In this document: piece by piece, positions 1 through 14,900 of the stretch
Position numbering within the stretch: the stretch's first letter is position 1
Layout: every line of letters starts with the position of its first letter
Assembly (NCBI GenBank): GCA_013265495.1
Contig: MU058844.1
Span: forward strand, 13,104,184 to 13,168,183
Reading direction: 5' to 3'
From: Vicugna vicugna
Taxonomy: Eukaryota
Length of the DNA stretch: 64,000 nucleotides
The notes under the pieces: generated by a model
What the model saw: only the letters and a program-made list of their open reading frames with translations
Told to the model about the DNA's origin: nothing
Databases searched by the model: none
Made by a program: the position numbers and the translations under genes

Positions 1-1168
1 TCCCAAAGCATTCAGCTGCTAAGGGGATAATAGGAATTTAAAACCTATGCTGTCTAATTCCAAAGCTCAATGTACTATTCACCACACTTTCCAGTCTCTA
101 TCAAAGAAAATCATTAAAGTGTTTCCTCTATATGAGCCCCATTAGATTCTTGAGCCAAACTCTTACACGTAATAACTTCACAACCTTATGAAAACAATTT
201 GACCTCCCTGTGCCTCAGTTTCCTCATCTGTAAAATGGGAATGATAACAGAAGTTACTTCAAAGGTTGTGAAAGTTAGTAGGCATGTGTGAAACATTTGG
301 ACCACTGCCTGGCGCTGGTAAAAGCTTAATCAGTATTTACTATTATTATCTACTTCAGTGTTTTCCTTAAACAGAGATTGAGAAGGAGCGTTTGGTAGTT
401 TCAATTGCTAATTGTTTATAACCAGGTCTGGAAAAACTCTTTAAATGATATCTGTTTTTCAAAGAGATTGGAGAGCCAGGCCTTCCCTCATGTCCACCCC
501 CAGAAGTTGGTTGACAGTGGCCCATCTACTGAGGTATCACGAAAGGAGAAGCCTCTCCTGGAGGCCTAAGCACAACAGCAGAAAATCCTCAGGGCAAAGG
601 AGGTTTTTCCAAAGCCTAGACAGAGTATTTTCACTTACCCTTTTTTTGGAGAATGTAAGAAAGGGATATAGGTTTGGGACATAGAACAGAATATTATCAG
701 ATAAGGGGCCATGTGAGGATTGCTGTCAAATACAGACCTGATTCAGAGTCATTTGTTTTGCAGTTTTGAGTCTCCAGAGATGCTTGGAGAGCCTTTCTCA
801 TTGGCTCCTGGGAGGTAGGGTTCATAGTTCATGAACATAGAAAACTTGATGGGTTTCTGGGGCAGTATTACCTGTGAACTTGGGCAGTTAAACAGAATGT
901 CAAAGCTGAGCATCCCTTTACTATCCAGGACAGAAGACTCCGAGTTTACACCTAGAAACAAGGTTGGAACAAACTATGCCTGCCATGCACAGCTCTAACA
1001 GCGATGGTCAAACACACACACACATACACACACAAACCATGTACACAGGCAATAACAAAAATAGCCCCAGCCTCAGGGAAGAGGGTTCTGAACCATTTAA
1101 CTAGAAATAGGAAACAAATCAAGTTCCAATAGCAGGAAAACAAACACCAAAAATACCCAAAACTTGCA

Positions 1169-1285
1169 GGGAGGGTATAGCTCAAATAGTAGAGCACATG
1201 CTTAGGATGCATGAGGTCCTGGGTTCAATCCCTAGTACCTCCTCTAAGAATAAATAAATAAATAAACCTGCTTACCCTCCCCCCA
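1169..1285 (+). mobile_element. tRNA-derived SINE, camelid Vic-1-like
   Basis: GGGAGGGTATAGCTCAA..GTAGAGC (A box), GGTTCAATCCC (B box), (AATA)n tail, then ACCCTCCCCCC. Confidence 0.8.
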
Positions 1286-2305
1286 AAATACCCCAAACAC
1301 ACACAACAAAATAAACATCCTTCTCCTTAGAAGTAGAAGTCTTGTGGCCGTGACTTTCTGGAGTCAGTTATATCATCCAACTCAGAATAACTCTGGGGAA
1401 GAACGGTGGTGGTGGATTTCAGGCCCCAGTAGATATGGAGTAGCCCCTCACAGGAGGCCGGCGGAGGAGAGGGAGAATTTCAGAAAGCAGGAATCTGTTG
1501 GCAAATCTCAAGCAGCATTTCATCTTTATTTAGGGCCAGGCCTCATTGTACCATCCCTTCTGCAGACCTCGGTGTCACCGGCAGGAGGACAGGAAGGCAG
1601 GATCAAAAGCATCAGTCAACAGCCAAGGGACCCTTTGTTAATCATCAGCCTTGTTTAATTTATTAAGTCAAGCAGAATTTAGAAACAAAACAATCATATT
1701 TCCTCCTTATGGCTTTTCCAGTTTTCTCCAAAACTATTATTTTTCCAAATAAAGATCATTTCTACTTCTTTCTGTTAACCAACCAGTATTCTGTTTATAA
1801 AAGAAAACAATCATAAGCTTCTAAATGCTTAATATGTGCCAGGCATTCTGCAAGCCACTTAAGCGTGATTTCACCTCATCTTCACAAATCTTGCTAGAAA
1901 GTGGCAGAGCCAGGATCTCTATTCTGTCCTGTGTAGAGTCTGTAAGTTTGCTTTTGAAGCTTTTCCTTTTGAACTCTTTGTCTGCATGGGGTCCCTCCCT
2001 ATCATTTTCAGTTCAAACAGGACTCATACCCGCTTCACACACACACACTTTGATGTTGGTCTCCACCTCAAATCCCTTGATAGGTTACAGCTGCCCCTAC
2101 ACAGATGCCTGCGGGAGAAAGGGGGGCGGGAACTGGTCTCACATTTTCTAATTTTCTTGATTTTATTTTCCCCTACATCCTATTGAAGCCTATATAGTTG
2201 TTTCAGGCTTTCCCTTAAGTTGGGGTTACTAAAAGACATTCTAGGATTCACGGGAAAGTAACTTTAAACTGTATGGTTAACATATGCTTTTTCCATAATA
2301 TAGAC

Positions 2306-2524
2306 CAGAGGTTGGCACACTTTTTCTGTAGATGGCCATAGAGTAGATAGTTCAGGCTTTAAATCGATTGTCTCTTTTGCAACAATTCTACTCTGCCCTT
2401 ATAGAGAAAACAGCCATAGATGACATGCAGACAAATATTCCTGGCTGTGTTCCAATAAAACTTCATTTACGAAAGTAGGCACTGGGCTGGGTTTTGCCTG
2501 TGGGTTAAAGTTGGCTGACCTCTG
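2306..2524. mobile_element. hAT-Charlie MITE, MER58A-like
   Basis: Inverted termini CAGAGGTTGGC...GCTGACCTCTG; internal GGCTGTGTTCCAATAAAACTT. Confidence 0.75.
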
Positions 2525-2531
2525 GTCTAGT

Positions 2532-2845
2532 CTAGTGCTGTCAACAGAAATGTAATGAAAGCCACAAATATGATTTTAAAGATTTTAGTAGCCGCATTAA
2601 AAAGTAAAAAGAAATGGAAAATTAATTTTAATAATGTATTTTATTTAACCAATGTATCCAAAATATTATCATTTCATCATGTAATTAACATTAAAAACTA
2701 TTGATGAAGTAGCTGAAATTTTTATTTATTCTGTCTTTGGAATCTGGTGTATATTTTGTGCTTAGAACACGCCTTAGTTCAGACCAGCCACATTTCAGTG
2801 CTCCATACTGCATGTGGTAGTGGCTACTGCATTGGATCAGGCTGC
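2532..2845. mobile_element. hAT-Charlie element, MER33-like
   Basis: GTGCTGTC..AGAAAT..AAAAGTAAAAAGAAA..TTAATTTTAATAAT..GTGGCTACTGCATTGGA. Confidence 0.65.
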
Positions 2846-3076
2846 TCTGGACTCTTTGCAGGTTACTCTAGTTCCTCATCTGGTCCCCCTCTCCTTAGGT
2901 CTACCCATCTGCTTACTCATCCTACACCCACAGAACCTATACTAGGATCCCTTACTCTTTCCCCTGAGTTTGACTTATTCAGTATAGAATAGCATTCAGG
3001 GTCTACCTCAGGCTGCCAATGGTGGCTTTGGTCACTTCAAGTCCCAAAGAACAGTGTGTGTGTCTGTGGAGTAAGG

Positions 3077-3440
3077 TGTCTGGCTTAATTCTTTCAAGTT
3101 GGTAAAACAAAAATACCATATCCGGTGTGGCTTAAATAGCAAACATTTATTTCTTATAGTTCTAGAGACTGAGGCGCCCAAGATAAGGGGTCAGCAGATT
3201 CCACATCTGGTGAGAACCAGCTTCGTGACTCACAGACTGCCATCTTCTTGCTGTGTCCTCACATGGCACCAGGTCCAGGGAGCTCTCTGGGGTCTCCTTC
3301 ATAACGGCACTAATCCCATTCATAAGGGCTCCATCCTCATGACCTAATCACCTGAAAGGCCTCACCTTGGGATCAGCATCACATTGGGATTAGATTTCAA
3401 AGTATGAATTTTGAGATAATGCAAACATTCAGTCTGTGGT
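3077..3440 (-). mobile_element. MaLR solo LTR (MLT1-type)
   Basis: ACAAAATACCA..GGCTTAAA..ATTTATTTCT..CACTAATCCCATTCAT..AAACATTCAGTC. Confidence 0.75.
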
Positions 3441-5302
3441 GGTATTCCAGGAGAATCACCCAGCAGTCCAGGTCCTGAAGAGCAGCAGAAATTTGTGCGC
3501 ACACTCTAGTGTGGTACCTTTTGAGCTTTCTCCACCAGAATGAGTTTTAGACCCTCTTCTTTATTTTTTTCTCCAGTTATCCAGAGAGAGAGTATTGGAT
3601 TTGGAGTCTCTCTTAACTCTCCATCTCTCTATCTCTTTCTCTATCTCTGTCTTGGTCTCACTGTATCTCTGTCCCTCTGTGTGTGTGTGTGTCTCTCTGT
3701 CTGTCCCTCACAAGTATGCACACACGTGCACACAAATACTGCTGCTCCCCACCCCACCCCAATGCACATGAAAGGAAAATATTACTTCCTGAAGACTATA
3801 CCATCTAGTAAATTTGCAAGGCAGGAGAGAAAGACTTTTTTTCCCCATAATTGACCTATAGTTTACCATGTTGCCTCACTTACCTTGGAATCAATGCTTC
3901 ACAATAGCTTTAAAGAGTGGTATTCATTTCTCTCCTTTATCTTTTTACCTCCCAGTTTCCAGTTTTATCTGCTTAGGACTGCCAGAAATAAGAAATCGAC
4001 TAATCACTGAGCCACTTACTTCTTGTGGTTACACTCCTAGTTACAAAGAGACGCATCTGAAAGCTTCAAGCCCAGCTGAATTCTTAGACCAAGTTGTGCT
4101 GGCTTGGATGAGACCACACTGTAACAGAGACCCAACAATACAGAAACAAAAAGAATATAGAGTTTATTTCTCTGTCATATAACTAATATGAAGAAGGTGG
4201 TCCAGGTCAGCAAGGCAAATGTTAGGTTTCTCTGTCACCCCCTGGGGCATGTCCTTGTCCACACTGTGGAAGACCCTTAGCCACCAAGCCAGGCTCTGTA
4301 GCTGGAAAGTCAATGAGAATATAGAGAAGGCAAATCAAATGTCTTAAAACTCGAGCCTAGAAGCAGTATACGTCATCTCTGCTCATGTTCTGTTGGCAAG
4401 AATTTAGTAACACAGTCGCATCTTAATGTGCAGAAGGCTGAGGAATTTAGGAGGGCAACCATGTACCAGGACATAAATGAGACTAGATTTTAGTGGGTAA
4501 AGAAAAGTTTCCACTAAGGGGTATATTCCCTCCCAGGCTGACGGGACTGTGAGTGTTGAAATCAGTCTTCAAATGTCAATTTCATTATCTTACATAATGA
4601 TTGTAACAGTCCTATGGGATCAAAGTTATTTCCATTTTACAGATAAGGAAATCAAGAACTGGGTTATGTAACTTTCATAGAATATTGTTCCTTGTTAAAG
4701 TACATTTTTCCTTTTATTATGTTTATTTGGGATATAGCTTCAACTAGATCATAAAATCCTGTCCCCAGTGTTATAAAATTCAATATCTAAACATAGCAGT
4801 TGCTTAATAAAACTTTGCTAATTGAATGACTAAATTAATGATGAACATATACTTATGTGCTGATGCTAGGAACTAACAGAAACAGACTTCTTGCTACATA
4901 GGTAAATTATTTTGATAAGATCTAATACTTTAAAATTCAGATTATACAGACAGCTATTAAAGGATATCAGAGATGGCTGCTAATTTCTTCTGCAGTGCTG
5001 AGTCATAGAATCTTGCTTATTTGATTAGTTCATCAATCCAGCATTAAAAAAAAAACAGTCAAACTGGTCAAAAAAGCTAACTTTTTAATGATTCAGTCAA
5101 ATGATTTATGCATATATTGCATAAAAACCACTTGATAAAAAGATACAGATTTTTGTAGCCAAGGTTGGTCCTTAGATTAGAACAAGAAAAAGAAAGAAAA
5201 CTAATACTTATTGAGTAAATTGTGTGATAGGCCCTTTATATAATCCTTACAAAACTCCATTAGGTAAACAGCATATAATTATTCACATTTTCAGAAGGAG
5301 GT

Positions 5303-5828
5303 TGTCAGGGAGGAAAAACTTTTCCTCTGCTCTTTTAGGTTATGAGCATGGTGGCCTGTGAATTAAACTAACAAAAGACAGATGAACAGAGAAAAAAAAA
5401 TTACATGCACAGGAGTTTACAGAAAATAAGTGAAACTCAAAGAACCAATTATACTTGGGAACTTTTATACCCTTCTTAACCAAGGAAAGAGAATTTGGGC
5501 TTAAAGGGATGATAAATTGTGGGGAAGTGACTACAAAATATATGGGAAAAACTAACAGAAGATAAGGGCTACTGAAGCAAATTCTGTTTATGCAATCTCA
5601 TCTGGGTGTTGACTCCTCATCTTTGATTATAGGGGTTGCTCTTCTCTCCTTGGTATGAATGGGGTGGGAGACACCTTTCTCAAAGGGAAATTTATATCCT
5701 GCTTATAAGCAATAAGGGAGGGCAGAGGACTCTTCTTGCATCTGTTGACTTTCAGTTGCCTTCAGCTCAAAATAATCCTTTTGCCCAAAGTGACATCCTT
5801 TGAGTGCAGAGGATTCTGATCCTCTTCA
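5303..5828. mobile_element. ERV1-type solo LTR inserted into a MIR
   Basis: TG...CA termini; the flanks rejoin into a MIR core. Confidence 0.6.
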
Positions 5829-8800
5829 GTGTTCAGAAAGATTAAATTACTTGTCCAGGTTTACTCCGGTATTGACTGGAGGGCTCTGGGATTGAAATCC
5901 ACCTCTGTTAGCCTCTAAAGCATCTGCTTTTTGAATACAAACATTCAGAAACACAGTCTGGTTTCCCTGTTTTATTTAACATTATTAAAATAATAGTTTC
6001 ATCCCAAATAATAACCTTATTTTTTTTAACTGTAGCATGATGCTGGTTCAAAGGGCTTTTATGAAATATCTCATTTGATCCTCTGAGTAGTAGGATGGAC
6101 TTGCTAAACTAGTTTTACAGATCAAAAAACTAAGGAACAATTCAGTGACTTGACCATGGCCAACAGTTGTTAACATTGTTGCAACCATGATCTAGGTCTT
6201 CTGAATTCCATTACGGTGCCTTTTTTTGGCTTTTTCGTTGTGGGCCTCTTCTCTAACTGCCTACTCATGAATTTAAATGGGATTATTCCCTTCAACCACA
6301 GACCTCTGGGTAGTATGAAGGTCATTGTTCTAAAATCCTACAACCTGGGACTGAGTCCATGTTTAGTCGTTTACTGCTCTGTGGGGATAACAGGACCTGC
6401 CTTGTGGGATGAGCTTGGAAGGAGATGAGGCGATAGGGAGTATTACAAAGGGGCCTCACGTTTCCCTGTAGAAGAACCTTCACCAGAAAAACCTGCTTTA
6501 TTTGTTCAGACTGAATTGTTTAACCCCAGGGCAGAAGGAGTGATGTATCTGATTGAGGAGTTTGGGAGAGAGAATTAGGCAAACAAAGCCTTCTTGGGTT
6601 CCCTTTTCTCCAGAACTTGCCCGGGTCTGCCTTCTGCCCTGTTGGGGGTCTGGAAGGGCCTGTGCCTGTGGGGAGGCCTGTGTTAATCAAAGGTGAGGTC
6701 TGAGTAAATCCACTGCAGATACAAAGCCGGATTCTCTGACCTACCTTATCTGTACTATTTCCATCTCGATTTACTGGCCTCCTGCATCTCTCTTTCGATT
6801 GATTCTAAACTCAGTCAGGGAAAATGCGTTTTGTTTACTGGCTCCCTGGAACCCAACAAGTAGGTAGATTCCAATACTTTTCTTGGTCATAGAAGGTGTC
6901 CTAAATTCATTGAAAAATGTGTCTGAGTGACAATTTTTGACGTGTGAGCCAAGTTTTAACTTGTAGGTGTGAAAAAATGCTTTTATGTAATTACACATCT
7001 AAATGGGTATTGATTTCCCTTTAAAATTATAGTTTTTGTTATTGGTGGTTCTGGTGAAATTTGGTAAGTACTTCAGAAGATTCAAGATGTCATAAGAGCA
7101 AACCGATTATAAAAAAAGAACACCTGAACAAATGGAATAATAATTAATGATGCTAATAAAATATCACTAAAGTTGGAAAAATGGGAGTCAGTCCTTCTGC
7201 ATTTTAACTTACAGTCATCAAAGTGATTAGTGGTAGGAAAGTGCAGAGATCCTCCTTGAGCTAATTTTTGATAGAAGAAAGTCATAACCCACTTGAGCTT
7301 TAAATAATTATTCCTTGAATTTGTAATATTTCTTTTACTGAAGTCTGGGATCTCTTGCACCCAAGGGAATCACTACATCAACTCTTAACAAGATCAGGCT
7401 GGTAGATACTGCCTGATTCACCTTCCTCCTTTGGTGTCTCAGGTTCTGCCCTCCTCTGCCTTTCCTTCTGGTCCAGGTCTTCTTTGCTGACTCTTCATTT
7501 CTGCTGACTCTTTAAATGCTGGAGTTCCTGGTCCTCTTAGTTTCTTCCTGCCTTTCCTACGCGCATCCTCATCTGCACTCCTTGCATTGAGGATTTCTAA
7601 ATCTGTGCTTGCCCCTCGAGTTTTTCTCCTGAACTGCACATTCAGACTTCTAAGTGCTGGAGTTATCACCCCTGTCTCAAAGGCAGCATGTCCAGAACTG
7701 AACTCACTTTGCGCAGTCCTTCTCCCACATTGGAAGATTTCATATAAAAGTAAGCTTCTCTTGAAAACTTGAAAATAATACGGAGCCCATGTGACAACAG
7801 CTGGCTGGAGCTGGGGAGTAGCTGCTCCCTTTAAATGAGCTCAGTAGTCCCTGGTTGTTCACCACTCCTACCTCTCCCTTTGTCCTATACCTGGCTGACT
7901 TCACCAGTATGTTTGTGGCCTGGCAACTGTAGATGTTTGAGTTTGTGAGCATGATCTAGGCTATACTACATCATGTGTTGAATTAAGAAATAAATCAAAG
8001 AACCAAATAGCATCATTCTTTTCTATTCAGGCAGGAATTACCTGGTATTGGTCCTGGTTCCTCCTGTTACTAAACTAACTGCAACTTTGCATAAATGACT
8101 TAATTTCTCTGTACCTTGATGATCTCATCGATCAAATAGTGATAGTAATAGTAGCTACCTTGCACGGTTGTGAGAGTTGAGTGAGAGAAAATGTGTAGGT
8201 GACTTAGAACAATACCCAACACGTAAGTAAGCCACAGTGTTTGCTGCTCAGCCCCTATCCTTTGTTGGTTGCTCTTTTCTGGATTTTTGTAACATTTTTC
8301 AAAAGTATTTATGAAAGAGATTGTTTCATAAAATTCTGGAAAATAGATTACTTTGGTTCATGACCTGTTAAGACTACAACTTCAACTATGCAAAACTACG
8401 TGAATGCATTTTTTATTACTAAGAAATCACATTTCTGTAGTTAAATAGAGATTCATTTGAACACCTGAAAGTAGGCCGATACTAATAGTCCCAAACTGAG
8501 TTGACAGACACTTGGTACTAACACAGTTCATGAATTGGCGAGAGTTTTTCTCTCTGTATATGAAATGCCAGGCCCAGCCAAAGCCAGAAGTCATTGTCTG
8601 AGCAGTTTTGTATTCCACACTGTACCTCCTATATGACCTTGAACGACTAGACCAAAACTTCTTCCATGTGGCTGGTCTCTGGCCAGGAATGCTGTCCTGC
8701 TCTGGTCGCAAAGCAAGTTCTTACCTCCCCTGTGAGGTTGGTTTGCAGCATCACTTCCGCGTTGTCTTTTCATATACCTTTTCCTCTGATGTTGAGTTGA

Positions 8801-9529
8801 AACTGCTTGTTTACGTACCTGTTTCTCTTTGAGTGAATTCCTTGAATTCTGAGACATCTTAGGCATTTCACTAGAAAGGATATGATGACTGCCTCAGGCT
8901 TTGGTGCCAAGCTGCCTGGATTCAAATCCTGACTCTGCCACTTATGGGCTCTGGAGTCCAGGGACAGGTCCTGGATCTCTCTGAACTTCAATTTCGTCAT
9001 CTTAACAGTAACTCATAGGGTTATTGTGAGGATTAAGTGAACTAATATTTGTGAAGCTATACACAACAGTGTCTGCACGTGGAAGGCATTTAATAAATGT
9101 TAGTGATTATTATTGCTGTGGACTTGATTTTTATTTCCATATTCTATCTCTGGTTTCCCCAGTTGCTCAAATTTACCTTGCTGCCACTAATACAACTCTA
9201 ATTTTACTGCTCTTTGCTTCTTCTAGCTGTAAGATCCAAAGATTCAAAATATGAATCACAATTCAATCCTGCAGGGATAGAATATTAAGAAATGAAAGAT
9301 TTCGTGTGTCTAGTATCAGCAAAAGGTGCATAGCCACATTCCAGTCTTTTTTTTTTTTTTAAACTTATCCTGTTACTCTACCCTGCGCCCTGATAAGCCC
9401 CTTCTACGTAACTAAATTGATTCTCTTTTATGTCTATACTCACTCTTATTCCCTTCTACCTCCATTTTAATGTGTTTGCATTTAGTTAGTACAGTGTAAC
9501 TAATTAAATGGATGTACTGATTGCTGCCC

Positions 9530-11935
9530 CATCACATCAGGGAGTACTTGATAGTAACATGACTTATAAATGATGTTGTTAATCTTGATCGTTTTAGTTA
9601 AGGTGATGTTTGCCAGTTTTCTCCACTATAAAGTTAACATTTTTTTCCCCTTCTATACTCTTCTTTGGAAGTGAGTCATTAAGTCCAGTCCAACCAAGGG
9701 GGCAGAATAGGAGTGGAGCAGGGAGGGAATTAATCTTTACCTCCTAGCAGGGGGAGTATCTACATACATTCTTTGGAACTCTTCTATAAGTAAGATTTGT
9801 CACTTTTCCACTATTTATTTATTTACTCAATAATTTTTATATCACCATGGACTCATGAGTATTTTATTCTTTGGGTTATGACCCAATACCATCATTATTC
9901 TGTTGCTTAAATTGTTTCAGCTTTGGCCATTGGGAGCTCCTTCAGACTGGCTCCTGTGTTCTTTTGACATGTTCCCATCACTTTTATTTTATCTTTTTTC
10001 AAACTTTCTTCCTTTGGGGCATTATAAAATGTTCTGGACTCATCTTGTATTTTCCCTCCCCAGTCCTAGAATCATCCATTTCTCCTTTTCCTAGAAAATA
10101 GTATTTAGGAATCAAAATCAGGATGCTGGGCATGCTTATTGCCACTGGAGTGTCACTATTTCTAGGCCTTCTCAGTGGACAGAGCTAGGAAACACATGCG
10201 TTTATACTGACCTATGTATACACACACATATCAATCATCTATCTGTCTATCTGCCTGTCTATCTATCTGTCTATCACCATCTATCTGTCTATAAATCTGA
10301 ATTTAAACTAGTGTCTCTGGGCCTAACCCAGTACCATGGAGCTCATTTTGGCCAACTCTCCTTGCTTATTTATGGCATTGTCTCTGAAAATGAGAGACCT
10401 GGTTCCCATTACCTACAATTATGTACTTATTTGTTTGACTCTAGTATTACTGGTTAAAATGTGGCCTCCCACAGTTCATATGTTGAAGTCCTAGCCCCCA
10501 GTAATTCATAATGTGACTTTATTTGGAGATAGTCTTTACAAAGCTAAGAAGTAAGCAAGTTAAAATGAGATCATTAGGGTGGCCCTAATCCAATATGATT
10601 GATGCCCTTATAAGTAGGGGAAATTTGGACACAGACACATACATAGAGGGAAGAAGATGTGAAGACACAGGGAGAAGATGAACTACGACAGGCCTGGACC
10701 CGATCCTTTCTGCACAGCCCTCAGCAGGGACCAGCTCTGCCGACACCTCGATTTCAGACTGTGAGTACCCAGGATGATAAGACCATACAGTTCTGAAGCT
10801 TAAGCCACTCAGTTTGGTTAGGGCAGTCCTAGCAAGCTAATAAAGATTCCTACTAGACAGGTAAACTTGTTTTGAAATTCCTAATACTCACCCCTATAGG
10901 AGCAGATTTACCAGTGTACGATGTTTATGTCCAGCTCTTTTTGCCTTTAGCCTTAGGGTATCTAGTGAAAACACTATTTTCCAAAGTCAGTTCCTTACCT
11001 ACCTACCCCTTCAGTGAGGCTATATTATATATTTGTAACACAGTTAGATTAAGTTCATAATTTATTTTTAATGGAGATACTGGGGATGGAACCCAGAACC
11101 TTGTGCATGCTCTACCGCTGAGCTTTACCCTTCTCCCCCCACCCCCACCCCCAGTTTGATTAATTTGTCACAGCCTGCATTCCACCCTAGGATTTCCTCA
11201 ACAGCCTGGTTGATTTTTTAAGTAATTTGAATACAGCAAATGGATTTTGACAAATGTATAAAGTCTATGGATCTCCATTACCTGTGGAGTATGGAACAGT
11301 TCCTATCCTAAAAATTCCCCTCCCTCTGCAGTGCCTTTGGAATGAACACTTAACTTCTCCTGAATCCCTGGTAACCACTGATATGTTTTCCATCCCTGTA
11401 AATTTGCCTTTTCCATACGTCATATAAATGGAATTGTACGTTACATAGCCTTTTGAATCTGGCTTCTTTCACTTAGCAAAAATGCATTTGAGATTCATCC
11501 ATGCTGTTGAGTGAATTTGTAGCTTGTTCCTTTTTATTTCTGAGTAGTATTCCATTGTACCACTGATTATTAATCCATTCACTTATGGAAAAACATCTTT
11601 GTTGCTTCTGGGTTTTGGCAATTAGGAATAAAGTTGCTATAAATATTCTCCTCCAAGTTTGTGTGTGTGTGTGTGTGTATAAACAAAAGTTTTCAATTGA
11701 ATTGGGTAAATACCCAGGTATGAGATTGTTGGGTCATGATAAGTGTATATTTAACTTTGTAAGAAACTGCTAAACTGACTTGATACCTGCTCATTCCTGC
11801 ATTCATTTCAGCAATGAATGAGAGTACCTGTTGTTCCACATCTACATCAGCATTTTGTACCATCAGCTTTTTTTTCAATTTGAGCAATTCTAATAGATGT
11901 GTAATGATATATAATTGTGGTTTTATTTGCAAGCA
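9530..11935 (-). mobile_element. Old L1M 3' fragments interrupted by an MLT1 LTR (~10447-10842) and a SINE
   Basis: L1 3'-UTR-type phrases (AAATGGAATT, GAGTAGTATTCCATTG, TAAGAAACTGC); MLT1 phrases TTCATATGTTGAAGTCCTA..GGCCCTAATCCAATATG. Confidence 0.65.
11061..11140 (-). mobile_element. Internally deleted tRNA-derived SINE of the same family as 1169
   Basis: Reverse complement GGGTAAAGCTCAGCGGTAGAGCATGCACAAGGTTCTGGGTTCCATCCCCAGTATCTCC, then an A-rich tail. Confidence 0.75.
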
Positions 11936-14900
11936 CTACGCTGTACAGATGCTTCCCTGTTTCCACACTACATTCCATGTTCTGCTGTGTATGCTCTAGG
12001 ATGTGCACCCCGCCCAACGTTTCACCATCAGTTCTCCCAATAATGGACACTCCAGTGGTCTCCCAATAATACCATGAAGCTTATTTTCTTTATTCATTAT
12101 GATCTCATATATGTCAGTATTTCTTTACTTTCCTTTTATCATCAAGTTATTTCACACATAAGGGAAAATAATATCCAAACAAATAAACAATATCCAAATC
12201 ATATCCAAAAATCTTCTTGCATAGACTAGATTGTCAGAGTTTCTCACATAGACCCTATGATAAATGGACAATTGATGTAATTGTCTTCAAAAAAGAATTG
12301 AATAAATTATTATGACTTCCAGTTTGTTTTCAATGACTTCTTTCTTCCTTTCTCCCTCCCTGTCTTGCTTTCTTCTGTACTTCTTTCCTTTCAATTCATT
12401 CTCTCAAAAAATATTTATTGAAGGCCTTTGCCTCTAGTACAGTAGTCCCTGTTCAAGCCAGGGGTATACACAAACAAGGGAATGGCCCTGTAGCAACTGA
12501 CAATCCAGTGTAGGGTGTGTTGGGAGAGGAGGAAACATGGGAACATACACACAGACATACAGAAAAGAGTTATCGTGAAAACAGGCAAGAGTGTGTAGCC
12601 AGATCTGCCTCGGTGAGTTAGGGAAGGTTCCCCAAAGGAGATAAAAATTTGAACTAGATGTTGAAGGATTAGTAGAAGGGAACAGCAGAGGGCATAAAAA
12701 ACACTTGTCATGTTGAGGATCTGGTGAGTAGTTCAAAGTCACAAAGACTGGGGTTCATGAAAGTGGACAGTGGGAAGAATGGATAGAAAAAGAAGACGGA
12801 TTCAGATTGAGATGGGCTTTGCAGGTCTTATTTTGTTATTTAGACATCAAAGAGCCGTTGAGGGTTTTATAACAAAGTAGACTTGATTAGACTTGTATTT
12901 TAGAACTATGACCTTGGCAGTGTAGACCAGAGAGGTATGAAACTGCTAATAGGAAGACCAATTGCAAGGCTGTTGCAAAAGTTCAAGTAAGAAATACTGA
13001 AGACCCACACAAAGGAATGGCCTGTTTTCTACATAAGTTGTCTATTTGTGAGGAACAAGGAAAAAAATGTAAAATCTGGGAAAGTAGAACTATATTTGGC
13101 ATGTAAATTAGAAAAGAAAAAACAGCAGCAATCATATAAAAAGTGACATAAAGGATCCTTGTGGTGACAGAACTGTTCTTTATCCGGCAGTGATATACAA
13201 ACTCATGTATGTGGAACTAAACATGCAAACACGCACAAGGAGATCCAAGTAAACTGGGGAAATCTAAATAAGATTGTAGATTGTTGTTACTACTGTAATA
13301 AACTGGGTAACATTTACATAGATCTTTGTGTTATTTTGTATAACTGTGTGTATATCTACAATCATTTCAATAAAAATTTCGGTTAAAAATGATAGCAAAA
13401 TAAAGAAATTTTCAACTCCCCCCCCCAAATCTATTAATCCTTTTTGGATGTAGAGAGAGAACATTTATTTTATTTTATTTTTAAACTTCTTTATTGAATG
13501 AAAATTTTTTTAAATTCTATAGTACTTTACAATTTTTAAAACTTTTACACACATGGTTTCATATAATCCAATAATAACCCTTTTTTTTCTAATCCTCTAC
13601 CCTCTGTATTGCCCTTCCCCTCTTTTAGAGGGAGAAATTTAAGGCAACTTGTCCACAGTTCCCCAATGGCAGTCTGATTGATTTTATGTTGTATTTACAA
13701 AAAATTTAGAAAAAGTAGAAAAAAATAAAAGCATCAGATTCAAAACTAAGATAAGGTATTTAAATGTGCAGTTTTTAGATGATAATTATTATTGGTGCCA
13801 TTAATATTTTATATGCTGATTCATTGCGAGGGGAGAAATTAAACATTTATTGGGTACTTACATGCAGCCATTGTTCTGGGGGCTTTCGTACATTTCTCTA
13901 TTTCATGCTGATGAATGGGCAAATTTTATTAGAATTATTCATGCACTTTACAGATGGGGAAGCCTAAGGGTCAGAGTGTGTAAGTACTTCTGCAAGATCA
14001 TAGTGTTAGGAAGAACCTAAGGATGTCTGACTTCCAAGCCCTATGTGCTTTCCTGCTACTTAGGGACTACTTACAGACACAAGCACAGTAAGACAGCATC
14101 TCTGTCATTGACTTGTCTGGTTGATTTCTATGGTGAGTGTACCCAATCTTTGGAAATGTGGAAATATAGTACTTTTGTGGCAATCGATGTGGATTATTTC
14201 AGCTCTGGAAAACATGTTTTCAACTTGTGACAAGGTAACTTTTGATAAAACATTTTGCAAAAATTGAGTCAGATCTGATTAGACTTCAGAGCAGTTCCTT
14301 CAAGCTTTAAACAAAAACAAAAACAAAAACAAAAACAAAACCTCAGGAAGAGATAATGTTTAACTTTCGTTTACTGTATGTCAGGTACCATGTTAAACAA
14401 CTTACATGCTGTTTAAAATTTCACACAAAATAGGGACGAAACTTGGCCTATTTGACTCCAAAGCCACACTTCTAAACCACTGGGCTAAAATGCTGTGAGC
14501 ATCTACCAAATAAAAATAATAGGGAATGAAGAAAAAAAGAAACTTTAACGAAAAGTTTAGCATGGTCCAAGATCAGTGACCAGGGCCACCATTTATTATA
14601 ATTAAATTACATGAGTTAACTGCATTGTGTGATTTGGGATCCTAAGGGCGTCTGAGCCATGTGAAAAGCTCAGTGGTATATTCAGGCCAATCACCTTCTA
14701 CTTTCTCTCATTTTCTTCACAGCTCTTTCATATACTAATATCTAAAATTATTTAATTACTTGTCTATCACTTGCCCCACCTCACCAGAACATATGGTCAT
14801 TAAATTAAGAACCTTTTCTTTCTTGTTCAATGCTATATTTCCAGTGTCTCAGGTTGTTCTTGGCATATAAAGATTTGTTGAATTAATGAATAAATGATTG

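Noticed and set aside
1169..1240. tRNA-like sequence with A and B boxes
   Set aside because: It has an AT-rich tail, imperfect stems and a second degenerate copy in the window, so it is a SINE rather than a tRNA gene
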